A stretch of DNA of 64,000 bases from positions 79,156 to 143,155 of IMG/VR virus record IMGVR_UViG_3300037067_003476; one strand, given 5' to 3'. This document shows positions 60,357-64,000 of the stretch, in pieces. Within the stretch, counting starts at the first letter, position 1, and each line of letters opens with the position of its first letter. The position numbers and the translations under genes were made by a program. The notes beneath the pieces were generated by a model. The model saw only the letters and a program-made list of their open reading frames with translations, made no database searches and was not told the origin of the DNA. The DNA is from a virus (lineage: Duplodnaviria; Caudoviricetes).

Positions 60357-60566
60357 AATATTTGGGTAATTGCATCGTCAAAAGTACCACAAGATATGGT
60401 GTGTATGACGGATTAGTACGCACAATATATATGGTGTATAGTATAGCCATACACTATATAGTCCAATTGTGTATGTGTGATAACAATGCCAAGAGAATTG
60501 CGGGCTAGACGTATAGGTCTAGTTGATACCTAATCGCCCCAAAATCAGGAAAACAGGAAGAATAAA

Positions 60567-61097
60567 ATGTGCGAGTTTATTAGCGGCTGGATAAATCGAA
60601 AAGGCGAAATTTTGATTCGTGACTTTCGCAGTCACTCAGAAACAGAGAGTGCTCTTGGACGCAGCCTCGAAAAGGAGGGGTATCGTCCATGGGAGTGGAC
60701 ACGAGATGATGGTGGCGAATCGCTGACTGTACGCATCGTTCCAAACGAGGAATGGAACGAGGCTGCGTACAAGAGTCTTATTCTCTCGCGATACCAGAGT
60801 CGAGGCGACCTGATTTATAGCGTTGTCAACACCAAAGAGTTTCGCGACTACATCAAAGGCAGATCACTCAATTTAATGGGTTGTCAAAGTCTGGTTTCGT
60901 TACCAGACAACTTGAACGTCTGTGGGGATTTACATCTTAATGACTGCACAGCACTCAAATCGCTGCCAGATAAATTGAAAGTCGGCGAAAATTTAGATAT
61001 TAGTGGATGCACAGCACTTAAATCGCTGCCAAACAACTTGAAAGTTGGCGAAAGTTTATGCATTAATGGCTGCACGGCACTCAAATCCCACAAATAA
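60567..61097 (+). CDS. Leucine-rich-repeat protein
   Basis: 22-aa repeats LPDNLKVGENLDISGCTALKS (66-nt tandem repeats, about 60880-61089). Confidence 0.85.
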   Translation: MCEFISGWINRKGEILIRDFRSHSETESALGRSLEKEGYRPWEWTRDDGGESLTVRIVPNEEWNEAAYKSLILSRYQSRGDLIYSVVNTKEFRDYIKGRSLNLMGCQSLVSLPDNLNVCGDLHLNDCTALKSLPDKLKVGENLDISGCTALKSLPNNLKVGESLCINGCTALKSHK

Positions 61098-61132
61098 CCC
61101 AAAACTACTCTTTAAGAAGAAAGGAAACAATA

Positions 61133-61333
61133 ATGGAGATTACAATCAAGGATCACGAAAACCTGGTGCCGTTCGTATCTATCAGGCGCAACCATCTATT
61201 CTGTTGTGATGGTAATGTTTATGTCAAGCTTGATATGGCACTTTCTCGCCGAATTGGAAATAGTTCGACCGAGGACATACATTGGTGTGGAAAATTGGTA
61301 CAAGAAGTAAAAGGCCTAACAGTTGTGGTGTAA
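61133..61333 (+). CDS. Hypothetical protein
   Basis: AAGGA RBS. Confidence 0.5.
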   Translation: MEITIKDHENLVPFVSIRRNHLFCCDGNVYVKLDMALSRRIGNSSTEDIHWCGKLVQEVKGLTVVV

Positions 61334-61360
61334 CACCAGAACAAGTTACGTGATAGCTCT

Positions 61361-61505
61361 TGCAGAATAGTAGTACTAATTAACGACCATAACGAGGTTT
61401 TTGGATGTCTTCGCGGCAGTATTGATGGGTTTATGGACTGTTTCAAGAAGTATAACGAACGTCGGTCATAGGGTGAACCTAGTCGACAGACTACTAGAAT
61501 CTGTA
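61361..61505 (+). ncRNA. Candidate structured RNA before tRNA-Leu
   Basis: Nested TGCAGA/TCTGTA, TAGTAGT/ACTACTA, GACC/GGTC, TTTTGGA/TTCAAGA. Confidence 0.45.
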
Positions 61506-61520
61506 GTGCTACCAGCATTT

Positions 61521-61603
61521 GGCTCCGTGGTGGAACTGGAAGACACAAAGGTCTTAAAAGCCTTTGCCCTATGGGCGTGCAGGTTCGACTCCTGTCGGGG
61601 CTA
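61521..61603 (+). tRNA. tRNA-Leu(TAA)
   Basis: AAGGT-CTTAAAA-GCCTT anticodon arm, long variable arm GCCCTATGGGC, GGTTCGACTCC T-arm. Confidence 0.9.
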
Positions 61604-61605
61604 TT

Positions 61606-61887
61606 ATGGGAAGTCAAAGATTAAAACGAAGACTTTTGAGTCTATATAAACAAGACTCAAGATGTCATTGGTGTGGTGTTGAAACCACGTATTCTCGTAC
61701 TATTAGGCAGGCTGGTCAAAAATTGCCACAAATAGAAGCAACAATAGACCATCTTGTCTCTCGAAATAACAAGCAAAGACGGATAGCTGATCTACCAAAC
61801 AAACCAAGAACAGTATTGTCTTGTCACGCCTGTAATCAAAAGAGAAACAAAATAGAAATATCACTAATGACACAGAAGGAGTCGTAA
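61606..61887 (+). CDS. HNH endonuclease
   Basis: CHWCG...ATIDHL...CHACNQKR; starts 2 nt after tRNA-Leu. Confidence 0.8.
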   Translation: MGSQRLKRRLLSLYKQDSRCHWCGVETTYSRTIRQAGQKLPQIEATIDHLVSRNNKQRRIADLPNKPRTVLSCHACNQKRNKIEISLMTQKES

Positions 61888-62133
61888 GTGACTAAGAAAG
61901 ATGTCCAACTCGCTATGTCTATTGCAATAGATAGTAATATTGATCTATCTGGCGTAGACGACAGCATATTCAATGGATTTGGTTTACCTGGTTTTAATCC
62001 GGTAAGTGTCACGTTGCGCCAAGTCGCAAAGCTTATCAGGTGGCAAGCCATCATGTTTAATGGAGAGTTTGACGCCTACATGTATAATGAAATCGTGAGT
62101 ATTGGTCGTAAGAAATTCATTGTTTGTAACTAA
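61888..62133 (+). CDS. Hypothetical protein
   Basis: AAGGAG RBS, GTG start. Confidence 0.55.
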   Translation: MTKKDVQLAMSIAIDSNIDLSGVDDSIFNGFGLPGFNPVSVTLRQVAKLIRWQAIMFNGEFDAYMYNEIVSIGRKKFIVCN

Positions 62134-62135
62134 AC

Positions 62136-62235
62136 AGTGATAGAAAGATATCGGTAGCCGGAAAAGAGGCGTTACCCGAGAACGTGTCGGGGTGAACCCA
62201 GCTAGCAGACTGCCGGGAGCCACGTTGCTATCACT
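62136..62235 (+). ncRNA. Candidate structured RNA
   Basis: AGTGATAG/CTATCACT closing stem, TCGGTAG/CTGCCGG, CCCGA/TCGGG hairpin. Confidence 0.45.
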
Positions 62236-62310
62236 TATGTGTCTTGTAAGCGTTTTGATGTTCAAAGCGCGAGGTGTTTTCGTATAACCCTTTAGGTAAG
62301 GAGTATAGAG

Positions 62311-62580
62311 ATGTCTGAGGTTAACAAAACAGAGAATCCCATCAAACCGTTCCAGATCGATTCAATCGACATGAAAGACCGGGTTGTCACGTTGACGATT
62401 CGGTGTGATTGCATCGGATCGGTTGCCAATCAATTGAAGTCATGTCCCGATGAGCGACGAAGCGTGTCGGCCGTCAGAAAGCTCGGTCACGTCTTGTCTG
62501 ATGTCGGTAACGTAATATTTGGCAACGACGACATCAGCAAGTATCATTCCCTCGAAGGAATTGACATCATTAACGAGTAA
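62311..62580 (+). CDS. Hypothetical protein
   Basis: AAGGAG RBS. Confidence 0.55.
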   Translation: MSEVNKTENPIKPFQIDSIDMKDRVVTLTIRCDCIGSVANQLKSCPDERRSVSAVRKLGHVLSDVGNVIFGNDDISKYHSLEGIDIINE

Positions 62581-62612
62581 TTTCGCCCAAGAGCGCTCCA
62601 AAAGGAGCGTCT

Positions 62613-62684
62613 GGCCTCGTAGTGTAATCGGCAGCACATCAGATTTTCAGTCTGATTGTCCGAGTTCGAATCTCGGCGAGGTCA
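62613..62684 (+). tRNA. tRNA-Glu(TTC)
   Basis: GGCCTCG/CGAGGTC acceptor, TCAGA-TTTTCAG-TCTGA anticodon arm, CCGAG-TTCGAAT-CTCGG T-arm. Confidence 0.88.
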
Positions 62685-62704
62685 ATTATTTAGGGGCAAC
62701 ACAA

Positions 62705-62929
62705 ATGAAATCAATAGAAAAGTTTGAAATAATAAACCATGGTGTAGACCACGAGCAATATTTCTCTGGCTGTGGATGTGCTTTTACAGAATATACGAAT
62801 GTCGCAACTGGAATAGGTGATTCTGCTAATGAAGCCGCCGAAGATGCTCTTGAAATGCTGGCCCAAAACGAATGGGATGTAGACAATAACAAAAGTCTTC
62901 TACGAGACGTGAAAAGATTAACTAGATAG
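62705..62929 (+). CDS. Hypothetical protein
   Basis: AGGGG RBS; MKSIEKFEIINHG... Confidence 0.55.
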   Translation: MKSIEKFEIINHGVDHEQYFSGCGCAFTEYTNVATGIGDSANEAAEDALEMLAQNEWDVDNNKSLLRDVKRLTR

Positions 62930-62979
62930 ACCCATCGGATGGGTGACGATCATCATTTTTATGTATCGATCAGGGTCAA

Positions 62980-63210
62980 ATGATGGCATCTGGCAGAAGA
63001 AAACTGCACAACGATGACGAAATAGATCATCCTGTGCTGGGAAAATTAACGATTCGAGTAACCCATAGAGATAACTACATCCCACCAGATTTATGGGAAG
63101 TTATCAACGAAAAAGGTGAGATAGCGTGTCCGTGTGCGTATAGTGAACGCGGATTACATTTTATACTTAGAAGATCCACGACTCATTTCAACACATATTC
63201 GTTCGTCTAG
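62980..63210 (+). CDS. Hypothetical protein
   Basis: ORF with AGGG RBS. Confidence 0.5.
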   Translation: MMASGRRKLHNDDEIDHPVLGKLTIRVTHRDNYIPPDLWEVINEKGEIACPCAYSERGLHFILRRSTTHFNTYSFV

Positions 63211-63355
63211 CAGTATCCTTAATTTTTCATAAGGAAAATAGTGAACAAAATGAAACTGGTAGACATGTTAGAGGCATAGATCCCTCTGATTCAAAAAACT
63301 GTTGGTTAGTCCTTGACGACATGGCCGTAGCTGGCCAATTTCATTTTCCATGCAT

Positions 63356-63487
63356 CATATATCTAAGAGAGGGTGGAAATCCAATTGGTAAAGTAGGTCC
63401 AAACATGAGACAAGAAAGAAAGGTTTGGGCTGAAAACCACGATTGTCACAAAGATCCAATTTGTAATAGGATGTGCTTGGATGTGTG
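63356..63487 (+). ncRNA. Candidate structured RNA
   Basis: CATATATCTAAG/CTTGGATGTGTG 12-bp stem (3 G-U) enclosing GTCCAAAC/GTTTGGGC. Confidence 0.4.
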
Positions 63488-63516
63488 CGTAGACTATTGC
63501 AACAAGATAAAAGAGT

Positions 63517-63732
63517 ATGACAGGGAAAGAACTTCTCACTGAACTTAAGAAGATAGAGAAGGATAATCCAGAACAACTTGATCTTGAAGTTTTCCATATT
63601 CATACAGAGTATGGAGATCCAGAGGATTCTATGGGAGTTCATGTTGAACAAGAAATAGACTCTATAAGTGTAGAGTTTCATTCGCCAGGATATGGTTCTA
63701 AACCACGACCGATTATTAGGGTTGGATACTAA
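63517..63732 (+). CDS. Hypothetical protein
   Basis: MTGKELLTELKK... typical small phage protein. Confidence 0.5.
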   Translation: MTGKELLTELKKIEKDNPEQLDLEVFHIHTEYGDPEDSMGVHVEQEIDSISVEFHSPGYGSKPRPIIRVGY

Positions 63733-63873
63733 ATGGACAAATCTTGGAAAGGTTAAGTCTGGGAAATTGATTTACAAAAACCCGGAAGAGATAGACCAGG
63801 AAACCCAACCGATATTTGTCGTCTTGCCAATTGCAGTAGATCATGGGTTCGCATAAAAAACCAGGAGATAGCC

Positions 63874-64000
63874 ATGTGCGAGTTTATTAGCGGCTGGATA
63901 AATCGAAAAGGCGAAATTTTGATTCGTGACTTTCGCAGTCACTCAGAAACAGAGAGTGCTCTTGGACGCAGCCTCGAAAAGGAGGGGTATCGTCCATGGG
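63874..64000 (+). repeat. Exact 127-nt copy of the 5' end of the LRR gene (60567-60693); second paralogue, truncated by the window end
   Basis: Identical from the ATG onward; different upstream sequence with its own AGGAG RBS. Confidence 0.9.

Noticed and set aside
61401-61649. 82-aa ORF, and 5' extensions of ORFs 61564, 62519 and 56404
   Set aside because: They overlap tRNAs or structured RNA; better RBS-supported starts lie downstream
60567-64000. Diversity-generating retroelement template/variable repeat pair
   Set aside because: Copies are identical with no adenine-specific mismatches, lie at gene 5' ends, and no reverse transcriptase is in the window

Overview
This 64-kb window is part of a large tailed dsDNA bacteriophage genome (Caudoviricetes). 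It is probably siphovirus-like: it has a tape measure and tail tube, and no sheath gene is visible. It has three zones. (1) 1-39.4 kb, minus strand: the virion module. It runs from a sigma-like factor, possible TerS, glycosyltransferase, free-standing LAGLIDADG endonuclease, GDP-mannose 4,6-dehydratase and ERCC4 nuclease, through intein-containing TerL, portal, protease/scaffold, decoration and major capsid, to two giant Ser-Gly-rich LamG-like fibre proteins, neck/tail genes and the tape measure. A conserved GTGTATAA late-promoter-like motif punctuates it. (2) 39.5-54.6 kb, plus strand: nucleotide-metabolism, RNA-repair and accessory genes (DNA MTase, RNA ligase, MazG, deaminase, IMPDH/GMPR, ThyX, kinase, protease, DeoC, HipS/HIRAN-like, RmlC-like cupin, vWA, HADs, radical SAM). 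(3) 54.7-64 kb: a repeat-rich control region with strong sigma70 promoters and small early ORFs, followed by an RNA island. The best novelty candidate is a promoter-to-terminator unit (about 56355-57936) encoding a 105-aa protein followed by about 1.1 kb of ORF-free, extensively base-paired RNA with G-U wobbles. Four tRNAs and several further orphan structured RNAs lie downstream. Other highlights: a 5-nt GTT-TAG-TT interruption in gmd next to a homing endonuclease that resembles a minimal ribosomal bypass, a likely virion-glycosylation system (Ser-Gly enrichment plus late sugar enzymes), and about 24 copies of a TTAT(C/A)GG motif in 3.5 kb. All calls come from reading the sequence by eye; no searches or folding programs were run.
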